From contig JABXJW010000001.1 in assembly GCA_013375395.1 (NCBI GenBank), positions 1-63,283 on the forward strand: a stretch of DNA of 63,283 nucleotides. Reading direction: 5' to 3'. This stretch comes from Desulfobacterales bacterium (GTDB lineage: Bacteria > Desulfobacterota > Desulfobacteria > Desulfobacterales > C00003060). Each line of letters begins with the position of its first letter. Position 1 is the first letter of the stretch. Shown here piece by piece: positions 1-8,568 of this stretch. The notes beneath the pieces were generated by a model. That model ran no database searches, was not told the DNA's origin, and saw only the letters and a list, made by a program, of their open reading frames with translations. The position numbers and the translations under genes were made by a program.

Positions 1-372
1 TGAAAGGGTGAAGGAGCTTGGCCCGGCAAAACACTTGATTAAGAAGACGGCGTATGATTCACCGCCCGTTCGTTTCACTCACTCGAGGCGCGAAGTTCGC
101 TGAGAATCCATTTTTTCATTTGCCGGGAGATGACGGCAAATGAAAACGACTCCACCGCTTTTGGCGGTAAAGGCACGTTTCGGGCAAGGGAACGACAGAT
201 CTTGCAGGCATGATGGCTCTGGGGATGTTGCCCGAAGGGCTGAGCGTTTTTCCCTGATCGACATCTCCCGATCAGGGAAAACTAACCCTCCTCTGCGCCC
301 TCAGCGTCTCGAACGAGCGCAGCGAGTGGGCGGTTAACAAGATAGATTTTGCAATAAAGTAGGAATACTCCC

Positions 373-1323
373 GTGCTGAACTACACCTCAAAGATTCGCG
401 AGACTGCAAGGCGGTTGCTCACAGATCAACAAGTGGACGCTGTGATCGGATTTAGGCGGGGCACCGTGCCCATGATGTCTCAGCCCGTGTTGATCACCAG
501 GCCGGAAGATGCCGACACACTCTGCTGGGACAGTTTCTGCGGGATGAATCTTGCCAACTATCTGCCCAAGCGCCAGGGGCGTATCGCTGTTGTGGCCAAG
601 GGGTGCGATTCGCGAAATATAGTAGTGCATATTTTGGAAAATCAGATCAAGCGGGACCAGCTCTTTGTCATGGGGATCCCCTGCAAAGGGATGGTGGACC
701 GGCACAAGGTTGCGAATGCCTTGAAGGGTCAAGAACCCCTTAAGGTGATAGAAGATTCCGAAAAGATTACGGCAAAAGGAGAGGGCCTTGAGGAGTCTTT
801 CAACAAGGCTGATGTGCTCCAGGAAAACTGCACCATCTGTATCCACCGCAACCCGGTGCTCTATGACGAGCTCATGGCAGAGCCTGTAGATGAACAGGAG
901 GGCATCGAGCGGAATGCGGATGTGAAAGACGTTGAGGCGATGAGCACTGATGAGCGCTGGAAGTACTTTTGCGATTTGGTAGCTTCGTGCATCCGCTGCT
1001 ATGCATGCCGGGATGCGTGCCCCCTTTGCTATTGTCCCACCTGCTTTGTGGATGAATCGCGGCCCCAGTGGCTGGGAAAGAGTATTGATCCGACGGATAC
1101 CCTCACGTTTCACTTGCTCAGGGCGTTTCACTGCACGGGTCGCTGCACGGATTGCGGAGCGTGCGAGCGGGCCTGTCCGATGGGTATCAGGGTTCGGCAG
1201 TTTACCAAGAAGCTGGAAAAGGATGTGCTCGAGCTTTTCGACTATGAGGCGGGCATGACTCTTGAGGCAAGACCACCGCTTGATGCATACCGGCCGGATG
1301 ACCCAGGAGATTTCATTAGATGA
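373..1323 (+). CDS. Fe-S oxidoreductase subunit (FrhB-like / 4Fe-4S ferredoxin-type)
   Basis: 316-aa ORF with a GTG start. Cys clusters CIRCYACRDACPLCYCPTCF and CTDCGACERACP. Sits directly upstream of an AsrA/HydB-like gene. Confidence 0.6.
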   Translation: MLNYTSKIRETARRLLTDQQVDAVIGFRRGTVPMMSQPVLITRPEDADTLCWDSFCGMNLANYLPKRQGRIAVVAKGCDSRNIVVHILENQIKRDQLFVMGIPCKGMVDRHKVANALKGQEPLKVIEDSEKITAKGEGLEESFNKADVLQENCTICIHRNPVLYDELMAEPVDEQEGIERNADVKDVEAMSTDERWKYFCDLVASCIRCYACRDACPLCYCPTCFVDESRPQWLGKSIDPTDTLTFHLLRAFHCTGRCTDCGACERACPMGIRVRQFTKKLEKDVLELFDYEAGMTLEARPPLDAYRPDDPGDFIR

Positions 1324-1381
1324 TATTTATGACTAAATCTCTGCGTTCTTTGCGGCTCTGCGGTGAGACAATACAGGTAAA

Positions 1382-2449
1382 ATGAAAGTGCTAAAGATCG
1401 CAAAAGAAAGGTTCCCCGATTTCCTGGACAGCCTGAAGGACGCCTACCGGCTCTTCGGCCCGGTGCGGCAGGAAGACAGAGTCGATTTCGTGCCGATCGA
1501 AAATGCCGCTCAGATAGATCTTTCTTTCCAAAACAGCCTTCTTTCTCCCAAGTCTCTATTTCTTCCTCAGTCCGAGCGGATGTTTGAATACAGCTTGGAC
1601 CCTGCCGCAGAGGACGCAAATATCCTAAAAGAAGCGCCAAAAGACTACTTGCCCCGCGCCGTTATTGGCATCCGCCCCTGCGATGCAAAGGCTTTTGAGC
1701 TGGTGGATGTAAACTTTGACACGCAACAACACCGAGACCCGTGGTGGGTGGGTTCCAGGAAGGCCGCCACCCTGGTGGGACTGGCATGCACTGCGCCCTG
1801 TTCCACCTGTTTTTGCACATCAGTGGGCGGGGGGCCATTTGATGAGGCAGGGCTGGACGTTTTGCTGGTGGACATTGGCGAGGCCTTTTTGGCCAAGGTG
1901 CTTACAGAAAAAGGGGAGAAACTGTTTGGTGTTGCAAGAACCGCAACCCCCTCCCAAACCCTAACCATTGAAGCCGGCGAAGAAGATCTGATTCAAAAGG
2001 CTGTCGCCCTGCACGATCAAGCAGAAGCCAAGATCGTTTCAAAAGTGAACACATCCAGACTTGCAGAACTTGACACCCTGGCGCTTCACGGGGCCGACTT
2101 CTGGGAAGAAGTGCAATTTGCCTGCATCAACTGCGGGGTTTGCACCTATCTTTGTCCTACCTGCTGGTGCTTTGACATTCAGGATGAGACTTATGGCCGT
2201 GCCGGTGACCGGATTCGAAACTGGGACTCTTGCATGTTTCCCCTTTTCACTCTGCATGCCTCAGGACACAATCCTCGAGGAGAAAAGATCCAAAGAGTCC
2301 GCCAGCGCTTCATGCACAAACTGAAATACTATGTAGACAAATACAACAACGGAGTTGCCTGTGTCGGTTGCGGCCGCTGCGTCCAGCACTGCCCGGTGAA
2401 CATTGACATTCGCGCGGTCTGCCGGATGATGAACGAGCATAAGAGTTGA
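1382..2449 (+). CDS. AsrA/HydB-like 4Fe-4S protein (anaerobic sulfite reductase A / sulfhydrogenase beta family)
   Basis: 355 aa. Motifs CINCGVCTYLCPTCWCFD and CVGCGRCVQHCPVNIDI. The N-terminal half is typical of the family. Confidence 0.7.
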   Translation: MKVLKIAKERFPDFLDSLKDAYRLFGPVRQEDRVDFVPIENAAQIDLSFQNSLLSPKSLFLPQSERMFEYSLDPAAEDANILKEAPKDYLPRAVIGIRPCDAKAFELVDVNFDTQQHRDPWWVGSRKAATLVGLACTAPCSTCFCTSVGGGPFDEAGLDVLLVDIGEAFLAKVLTEKGEKLFGVARTATPSQTLTIEAGEEDLIQKAVALHDQAEAKIVSKVNTSRLAELDTLALHGADFWEEVQFACINCGVCTYLCPTCWCFDIQDETYGRAGDRIRNWDSCMFPLFTLHASGHNPRGEKIQRVRQRFMHKLKYYVDKYNNGVACVGCGRCVQHCPVNIDIRAVCRMMNEHKS

Positions 2450-2455
2450 GTTGCG

Positions 2456-2570
2456 GGTTACGAGTCAATGTCATCAACTTAAGAGTCCAATCTCCCCCCT
2501 TTGCCAAAGGGGGGTCGGGGGGGATTTTCAGTGGTCATATTCCTTAAGTTAATGACATTGGGTTACGAGT
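2456..2570. mobile_element. MITE-like insertion (about 95 bp) with a 10-bp target-site duplication
   Basis: Inverted repeats caatgtcatcaacttaag (2466-2483) and cttaagttaatgacattg (2543-2560) are flanked by the direct repeat GGTTACGAGT (2456-2465 and 2561-2570). The core contains the hairpin cccccctttgccaaagggggg. Confidence 0.6.
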
Positions 2571-2615
2571 TGCCGGTCAACGTCTGGTGGTTAGCACTAT
2601 CGTAGGGGGCCCCAA

Positions 2616-2763
2616 ATGATACGAATATACACTCTTCTCTGGATCGGACTTTTTGCCCTTGCCGTCTTAAATGGGGCAATTCGAGAGATTTTTTACAAAG
2701 AGGCTCTCGGGGAACTCGCTGCTCACCAATTATCCACCCTTACAGGCTGCCTGCTCTTTTTTC
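2616..2763 (+). pseudogene. truncated small membrane protein
   Basis: Hydrophobic N-terminus MIRIYTLLWIGLFALAVLNGAIREIF...STLTGCLLFF. The reading frame runs straight into the inverted-repeat element that starts at 2764 and then becomes non-membrane-like. Confidence 0.3.
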
Positions 2764-2924
2764 GGGAGCATCCGCAGTTTCTGACTAAACCGTTTCAGAA
2801 CCAAAAAATGTACCCTGAACCGGATTTCCTCGCCTGTTCTTGAGGTAAGCTCATCCTTATTTCATTCAAAAATTGGGCTATGGCGTCCTTAAAACCCTAT
2901 CGGTCAGAAACTCCGGATGCTCCC
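2764..2924. mobile_element. 161-bp element bounded by 22-bp inverted repeats
   Basis: gggagcatccgcagtttctgac (2764-2785) matches the reverse complement of gtcagaaactccggatgctccc (2903-2924) at 21 of 22 positions. Confidence 0.5.
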
Positions 2925-3541
2925 ATCTTCTTGTCTGAATCGATGTAGCTCCAGGCACGCTTCAAAGCCCCTGCAATAGTCGTACAAGTGGTCCGGCTAA
3001 TACGCCAAGGGCTGAAAAGACCTCCTTGGCCACCACAGCAATACCTTGATCCTTCATAGAGAAACTAAGGAAACCAAGCGTCCCGGATTTCTACACAAAA
3101 ATGGCCTCCGCTACGGCTTGCCTGGGCAGTTCATATTCCACGGGGGCCTGGGTGGAGTGTTCGCGCGTACCGACCGATCGAGCAACCTTGGACATAACAA
3201 AGTCCACGGCCCGGTCCACCAATTCAAAGGCGGTACCCTTGAAAACCTAGTAGGACGGTATGGGCTTCCGGTTCCCTAATCACCCACAATTAAACAAAAG
3301 CCATGGCACAAAAAGCTGCATGTGATCCGTGACCAGATCTTCCGCCTCTTACAAGTCCGGCCACAGCAAGAATTCATCCATGGCCGCTATCAGGGCAAGA
3401 TGGACAAAAGCCTTTTCAGCAAAGACCATGAGTTTGTCGATCAATCGGTCATGGGCATCGCCGAGCCGTCACCAAAGCAGATCATCTGGTGGCCTTGCCT
3501 TGTTCAGGCAACACTTCTTATGTTTTTTGCCGCTTCCTCTA

Positions 3542-4687
3542 TTAACCATCCAATCCCACATTTTTCAGGCGTCTGACAAAACTTGGTTTCCGGCTGTGTT
3601 TTTCGCGAATACTTCTCAACCTTTCCTTAAATATCTTGTCCTTACTAATCTTTTTGCTGAGATCGCGCAGGTCAACAAGTAATGTAACTGCTTCATCATA
3701 ATTGGACGGCAGAGTTGTTTTAATGAGTTCATGTACTTTTTCCCAAACCATATCTTCACTTTTGGCAAGATCATTCAGGTGTTTTTCGCAAATGATCACC
3801 TTTTCCCGTTCTTTTCGAGCCCGCTCTTTGGCTTTTTGCTCAGCGATTCGATGTTCTCTTGCGGCTGCGGATGCCTCTGCTTGTGTGATCAGTTCTTCAA
3901 CTGTGCGAGGCTTCTTCCCCGATGCATAATTATTTTCAACCGAGACTATATTTTGAAATCGTTGCATTAATTCAGTTCCAAGATGAGGATCACGGCCTTT
4001 GACCAGACGGAACAATATTTCATCTTTTTCACTTTCAGGGAAATTGTTGATCCAGCATTTCAACTCTTTCCGATCCGTCTCCTTGTTTTCAGAAGCGCTA
4101 TTTTCTGCTGCAACAGCGATAAAGTCTGTGTCGATCCGCATAAAGTCGACAAAGCTTTTTAGCGGCGCATTCAGGTTATCTAAATTTGGCGGTACCGGCG
4201 GCTCCGGCTCGTCGTCTTCAAAATCACCTGCCTGAGCACAATAGAGCCAGCCAAGATACAGGCATCTGTAATCACCGCCTATGATGTCTGATCGCAGTGA
4301 GATTAACGATGAAAGCCAGCCTTCGCCTTCCTCCCATTCATAATCATCTGTTTCGGAAGTAAACTCCAGAATCAAATATTCCCCTTTTTCATATACGGCC
4401 GCACTTTCTCCAATACAATATTCTTTTGTCAAATCAACATTGATCAATTTTCGCGGAATCCGCAACATGAACCTATGTGTCCCCCAATTGGCGACATAAA
4501 GAAAGGTATCGAAATATTTTTCCATCAATGACAATGGATTACCCCTAAAATCAGCCCAATTGTACGTGTTCACAAAGCTGGTGGGGGTGATCTGCGCTCT
4601 TGAAGACAGTTTTCTGAGCGCCTGAATGCCTTTTTCGTTTAATGGCTTATCAATTGCTTGAAACTCGTAATATTGATATTCACTCAT
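3542..4687 (-). CDS. conserved hypothetical protein (acidic middle, Lys/Glu-rich helical C-terminus)
   Basis: 381-aa intact ORF beginning MSEYQYYEFQAIDKPLNEKGIQALRKLSSRAQITP. No catalytic motif recognised. Confidence 0.65.
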   Translation of the reverse strand: MSEYQYYEFQAIDKPLNEKGIQALRKLSSRAQITPTSFVNTYNWADFRGNPLSLMEKYFDTFLYVANWGTHRFMLRIPRKLINVDLTKEYCIGESAAVYEKGEYLILEFTSETDDYEWEEGEGWLSSLISLRSDIIGGDYRCLYLGWLYCAQAGDFEDDEPEPPVPPNLDNLNAPLKSFVDFMRIDTDFIAVAAENSASENKETDRKELKCWINNFPESEKDEILFRLVKGRDPHLGTELMQRFQNIVSVENNYASGKKPRTVEELITQAEASAAAREHRIAEQKAKERARKEREKVIICEKHLNDLAKSEDMVWEKVHELIKTTLPSNYDEAVTLLVDLRDLSKKISKDKIFKERLRSIREKHSRKPSFVRRLKNVGLDG

Positions 4688-4815
4688 GGTTCCTCAACAT
4701 TGACCGGTTTTGTCAAATGTGCAGGTCTGGTACCTTGCTTTTTGCTTAGCACAGGGCTTTCCGTGAACCATACCCTTCTTGCCGTCCGCTGGATGAACTG
4801 GTTACCTATTGCAGA

Positions 4816-5181
4816 TTACCAATGGTGTGCCAAAATCAACCCTGTCTCCTCAAGGTTTTGAAGCAAGTCACGTCTTTCTCTTGCGAGGACCTTCAGACGG
4901 CGCTTCTTGTATGGCTTGACTCGCGCGACTTCATGGACAATGCTTGCAAGCTCTGCGATTCTTGGATTGGAGGATGACGCGAGCACCCTTAGTCTGGAAA
5001 CATTCTTTTTCGATATGTGGGATTGCTTCAAGTAATTGAAAATTTCCTCTTGCTGCTCAATAACGTCCCGTTCCTCTTTTGGCTTGCGGGCGCACTCCTT
5101 ACACACATGAATCCTATGGCCTTTACCCGAAAACTTCTCATTGGGGCGGGTACGCCCGCAAATCCTGCAATAATGTCCCAT
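4816..5181 (-). CDS. zinc-ribbon protein
   Basis: 121 aa. CRICG...(15 aa)...CKEC at the N-terminus, followed by a basic helical tail. Confidence 0.55.
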   Translation of the reverse strand: MGHYCRICGRTRPNEKFSGKGHRIHVCKECARKPKEERDVIEQQEEIFNYLKQSHISKKNVSRLRVLASSSNPRIAELASIVHEVARVKPYKKRRLKVLARERRDLLQNLEETGLILAHHW

Positions 5182-5293
5182 AATACTCTTGTATCCTTAG
5201 AATTGATACCCGCTCTTGTTCGTTATATGCATCGACTATGATTTCCATAGGGATTCGATGCTCTCGATCCTTATCTTCCTTGACCTCAGACAT
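5138..5293 (-). CDS. small ORF (51 aa) overlapping the zinc-ribbon gene start
   Basis: A GGAGG sits 4 nt upstream of the ATG at 5293. Sequence MSEVKEDKDREHRIPMEIIVDAYNEQER... It overlaps the next ORF by 44 nt in a different frame. Confidence 0.4.
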   Translation of the reverse strand: MSEVKEDKDREHRIPMEIIVDAYNEQERVSILRIQEYYGTLLQDLRAYPPQ

Positions 5294-5486
5294 TAAGCCT
5301 CCATGGGCTTGTGTTGGATTTCTTCCCATGTGCCAAGCCGGAATGCCGGTTCAGCCCGGCATTAGCGAAAGCTATGAATCAAAGCGAGCCCCCCGTGCTT
5401 CAAGACGACTTCGGAATCTGTAGCCCCTGTAACGTGTCTCGATGGCATCAACCATATACTTGCAGTCCTCCTGACGTGCTCACTTG

Positions 5487-5544
5487 CTGGAGCTGAGAGG
5501 CGGCGAGTTTACGAGCCGTCCAGCTCCAGCGACGGGTTAGCTGG
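5487..5544 (-). repeat. attC-like imperfect palindrome B
   Basis: Minus strand reads CCAGCTAAC-cc-GTCGCTGGAGCTG...TCTCAGCTCCAGC. It shares a framework with element A and overlaps the last 12 codons of the 238-aa ORF. The 3' GTTRRRY box is absent. Confidence 0.4.
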
Positions 5545-6225
5545 CAAATGTATGAGATAGGAATTTTGTATGCTATTGATCCTGCTCACAAATCCCAATA
5601 AATTCAGGAAGGATTTTATCAAATCTTGATACAGCTCATGAAAGAGCATCAATGAAGCCAACAATGGCTTTGTCCCAATCGGCTCAGCCATTACGGCATC
5701 GACGCCTGACGTTAAATTCAAGCAGCCCTGCTCCCTTGAATCGCCATAGGGCAGATACACCCCAGCCCAATTTGGGTGTGTGAATTCACATAATGAAAAA
5801 TAGAGCTCTTCGAATGCCTTACTTCTTTTTCCCACATGTTGAACTTCGGTTAGAGCATTATAGTGCTTCACCGTACCTGTTCCATCACGGCTACCGAAGA
5901 GAGCCTGCATCAGAAAATCGTCCGTCGTATCAATAACGCCTGTATTTAGAGTTTTGCTTAACTTTTCATAGCAAACATAAAACATTGCCACTGTTTCCAT
6001 AACAGCTCTAGTAAGGATAAACGCGGGTATGTATTTGCCGTGCTCGTATTGCTCATATGCAGCTCTGCTGACATCAACAAGTCGATATTGGTACAACTCT
6101 CGGAGTGAAATGAGTTTGAACGGGACTTTTGATATGGAACTGGTATCTTCCTTAGTGACTTTTCTCAGGCCGCGGGCTGAAAAGGCTTCTATCAGGTTGC
6201 CTATAGTTTGAAGAGTCTCCAACAT
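5509..6225 (-). CDS. hypothetical protein
   Basis: 238-aa intact ORF in AT-rich DNA. Contains the motif CEFTHPNWAG. No family recognised. Confidence 0.6.
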   Translation of the reverse strand: MLETLQTIGNLIEAFSARGLRKVTKEDTSSISKVPFKLISLRELYQYRLVDVSRAAYEQYEHGKYIPAFILTRAVMETVAMFYVCYEKLSKTLNTGVIDTTDDFLMQALFGSRDGTGTVKHYNALTEVQHVGKRSKAFEELYFSLCEFTHPNWAGVYLPYGDSREQGCLNLTSGVDAVMAEPIGTKPLLASLMLFHELYQDLIKSFLNLLGFVSRINSIQNSYLIHLPANPSLELDGS

Positions 6226-6241
6226 TTCAATTTACCACAGG

Positions 6242-6664
6242 TTAGCCTGTTACCCCGAGTAGTTCTCTAAAATCAGATTCAATGACTTGCTTTATCTTCT
6301 TATTCTGAGATTCAAAAGTATCTCGTTCTTCGTAAAAAGCTTTTATAAAATCATTTATATTTTCACGCTTTGATTGGTAATAGATATCAATAGAAAGATT
6401 GAACAGCAGGGTGTTTAATTCCTTTATCTTATTCGTAAGATCTTCTGAGAAATAGATTGCGTGATTCTCAACGAATGAATGTAGGTCAAAAAACGTATCA
6501 ATAAGATTATCTGTCTTTTTCCTCAACTCCTGATAATCGTCCATTTGAAATTCAGCTATAAGACAGGCTGCGGATTTTTCGAGGGCAACGATTTTCTTGT
6601 AGAGCTGTTCGATTGCGTCTGCTCTTCGATCATGAAGTTTTGAGAACCTAATTTGATGTGTCAA
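6242..6664 (-). CDS. hypothetical helical protein (TTG start, or the 3' part of an interrupted gene)
   Basis: 140-aa ORF. It is in frame with the upstream 49-codon TM ORF across a single TAA at 6703-6701. Confidence 0.5.
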   Translation of the reverse strand: MTHQIRFSKLHDRRADAIEQLYKKIVALEKSAACLIAEFQMDDYQELRKKTDNLIDTFFDLHSFVENHAIYFSEDLTNKIKELNTLLFNLSIDIYYQSKRENINDFIKAFYEERDTFESQNKKIKQVIESDFRELLGVTG

Positions 6665-6700
6665 GGCTTCAATATTAAGCGATGATTTAAGTGTTTCGAG

Positions 6701-6850
6701 TTATTTATCGGCCCCCCTTTTTAAGTCCAATTTATATTTTTCTATATCTTTCGTGAGCAGGTGAAGAATTAACGACCGAACAAGCCAAGCGACAACAGTT
6801 AGTAAAACTGCCCCGCCACCGACGAATTTGAGCAACTCTATCCACATCAT
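6701..6850 (-). CDS. 49-aa single-TM ORF (below the ORF-track cutoff)
   Basis: MMWIELLKFVGGGAVLLTVVAWLVRSLILHLLTKDIEKYKLDLKRGADK followed by a stop. Starts 16 nt after attC-like element A. Confidence 0.35.
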   Translation of the reverse strand: MMWIELLKFVGGGAVLLTVVAWLVRSLILHLLTKDIEKYKLDLKRGADK

Positions 6851-6866
6851 AGAATTTATCCTGCCA

Positions 6867-6939
6867 GGCTAACGCTGGAGCTGAGACGCGGGAAACGCGT
6901 CAGCGTTTGCCCGTCGATTCTCCAGCGACTTGTTAGACC
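6867..6939 (-). repeat. attC-like imperfect palindrome A
   Basis: Minus strand reads GGTCTAAC-aagtc-GCTGGAG...GGGcAAACGC/GCGTTTCCC...CTCCAGC-GTTAGCC. It begins immediately after the TAA stop of the 139-aa ORF and ends 16 nt before the next ATG. Confidence 0.45.
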
Positions 6940-7359
6940 TTAAGCCTTCGCTTTCATTTGACATCTCTTAATTATTACGATTTCTTCAAAGAGAGTGGGT
7001 AGAGTTATTGTTGCGATGAAAATGGTTAATATTAATCCAAGAAGCCCTTCAGTTTTGATAAAAAAGAAAATTATGGCGATAATAAAACCAACAATCATCG
7101 CAGAAAATATCACGTAAGCTCTTTTAGCCACCGAATCTTTCCCAGAATATTTATCCCATTTTTCTTCATCAATTTCATGAGTCGCCGCTGCTCGTAACGA
7201 TACAATGCTTTTCAAAACAAAAAAGACGAAAAGAGAACTTAATACCAAGGCTCCAGGTAAGATGAAATTGAGTAGTAGAATAGGCGCAAGAAATACATAT
7301 GCGCCGTACTTGAATCCATTTGCGGTCTTCATACTTGGATACCAAAAAAAGTTTATCAT
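6940..7359 (-). CDS. integral membrane protein (about 4 TM)
   Basis: 139 aa with four hydrophobic stretches. No family recognised. Confidence 0.6.
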   Translation of the reverse strand: MINFFWYPSMKTANGFKYGAYVFLAPILLLNFILPGALVLSSLFVFFVLKSIVSLRAAATHEIDEEKWDKYSGKDSVAKRAYVIFSAMIVGFIIAIIFFFIKTEGLLGLILTIFIATITLPTLFEEIVIIKRCQMKAKA

Positions 7360-7624
7360 CTTTTTTATATTATGAGGTCTAACCAGTTAGTATATAGTTT
7401 CTAAATAATACCAAATATTTAAAAAACTTGACACCGCCGTTTTGAAGTTTACCAGGGTTTTCTGGCTGGATAATTATCATTTTGTAATGTTATAGGGAAA
7501 TCGGATAATTTCATATGATAAAGACACCTTCAGAATTAAAGACTCAACCCTGGGGCTTTTTGAACTATGGGGGTCATTGACCGGTACGCTCCCCGCAAGC
7601 CCCGCCCTTCAGGGAGAGGCTTCA

Positions 7625-8077
7625 CTATTTTTTCCCCTTCTCAGATACGGAATATCCGGTCTGCGGCTCACAGACTTCTATCTGATCAGCAGGCACTTTA
7701 ACCACTTTGCCGTCGCGCCAGATCACAATCGAATCTCCGGTGCGCTTGAGATCGGCATAGGTTAGGAAGCCCCTTCTTGAAACGGCGGTGGACAACGTCC
7801 TCCGGAACATTGTGCCCGCCTCTCCGTACACGGTCTCCGATACGTTCGAGGGCAATATCGATACTGGAAATCCACTGAAAAAAGATGATTCTTGGGTCCC
7901 GAGCTTCTTCTTTTGTTTGCTTTTCTTTTTCGAGTTGGCAATGGAAACAAAATAGGAGCTTACGCGGCGGGCTTCTGCGATCTCGTTGGTGATGCCCTCT
8001 TCGGAGAAGAGAAAGTGCCTTCTTGGTTCTTCAAAGGGTGAGTTGATGACCGGGTTTTCTATGACAACCTGTTTCAT
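7625..8077 (-). pseudogene. chimeric remnant: N-terminus of a type III restriction Res-like helicase fused to unrelated sequence
   Basis: The first roughly 55 aa, MKQVVIENPVINSPFEEPRRHFLFSEEGITNEIAEARRVSSYF, match the conserved Res N-terminus. The helicase body is missing and the ORF is only 150 aa. Confidence 0.5.
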
Positions 8078-8568
8078 TCATCCTTACCCTATGTTTGTGT
8101 AGTGGGTACGCCGGGCTGGGCCTTGCACCGCAGTATCCGGGACGTAAGATCATAAATCGCCCCTCCCAGCACATCTACATCACGCGGACCATGGCCAGGC
8201 TGAGGAGATGCATGACAAATTGGGGCTTAGCTCTATTTCGGACCCTCCTTGCTGAACATCACGTACCACTTTGATTCATCGGTCACAAGGGAAAACCGCC
8301 TTCTTGCGCGGCAAGTCCGGCTACAGTAGCGCCCTGCTTTCGGGACTCGATGGCCCGCAGAATACGCCATTGCCCGGCCAACCGGATTGTATAGGAATTT
8401 CCCTTGGAATCTGAACGCTTAAGAATATTCAGGGTAATGGAGAATTCCGGGGACATAATATATATCTCTTGTGTTTCGTGTTTTCGATCTCAGTCAGCCG
8501 GAACAGGACACAATTAGCTGCCCGTAAGTCTTTCTCCTTCACGAACAAAACTCATCACCGCCAATAGT

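Noticed and set aside
388-1131. Long antisense or alternative-frame ORFs throughout the GC-rich core. Examples are 388-1131(-), 12555-13106(+), 14034-14708(+), 20207-20992(+), 22481-23155(+), 35802-36509(-), 40843-41424(-), 56262-56825(-), 56447-57121(+) and 62293-62763(-).
   Set aside because: Each lies fully inside a gene with clear family motifs on the other strand or frame. Their translations are Arg/Pro/Gly-rich low-complexity sequence typical of shadow ORFs.
2456-2570. The MITE at 2466-2560 as the left breakpoint of the proposed 26.5-kb inversion.
   Set aside because: Its 10-bp target duplication is intact on both sides. Recombination through the element would have separated the two copies.
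3301-3320. A sigma54-like TGGCAC...GCTGCA motif.
   Set aside because: The GG-to-GC spacing does not fit GG-N10-GC, and it lies in decayed DNA with no downstream gene.
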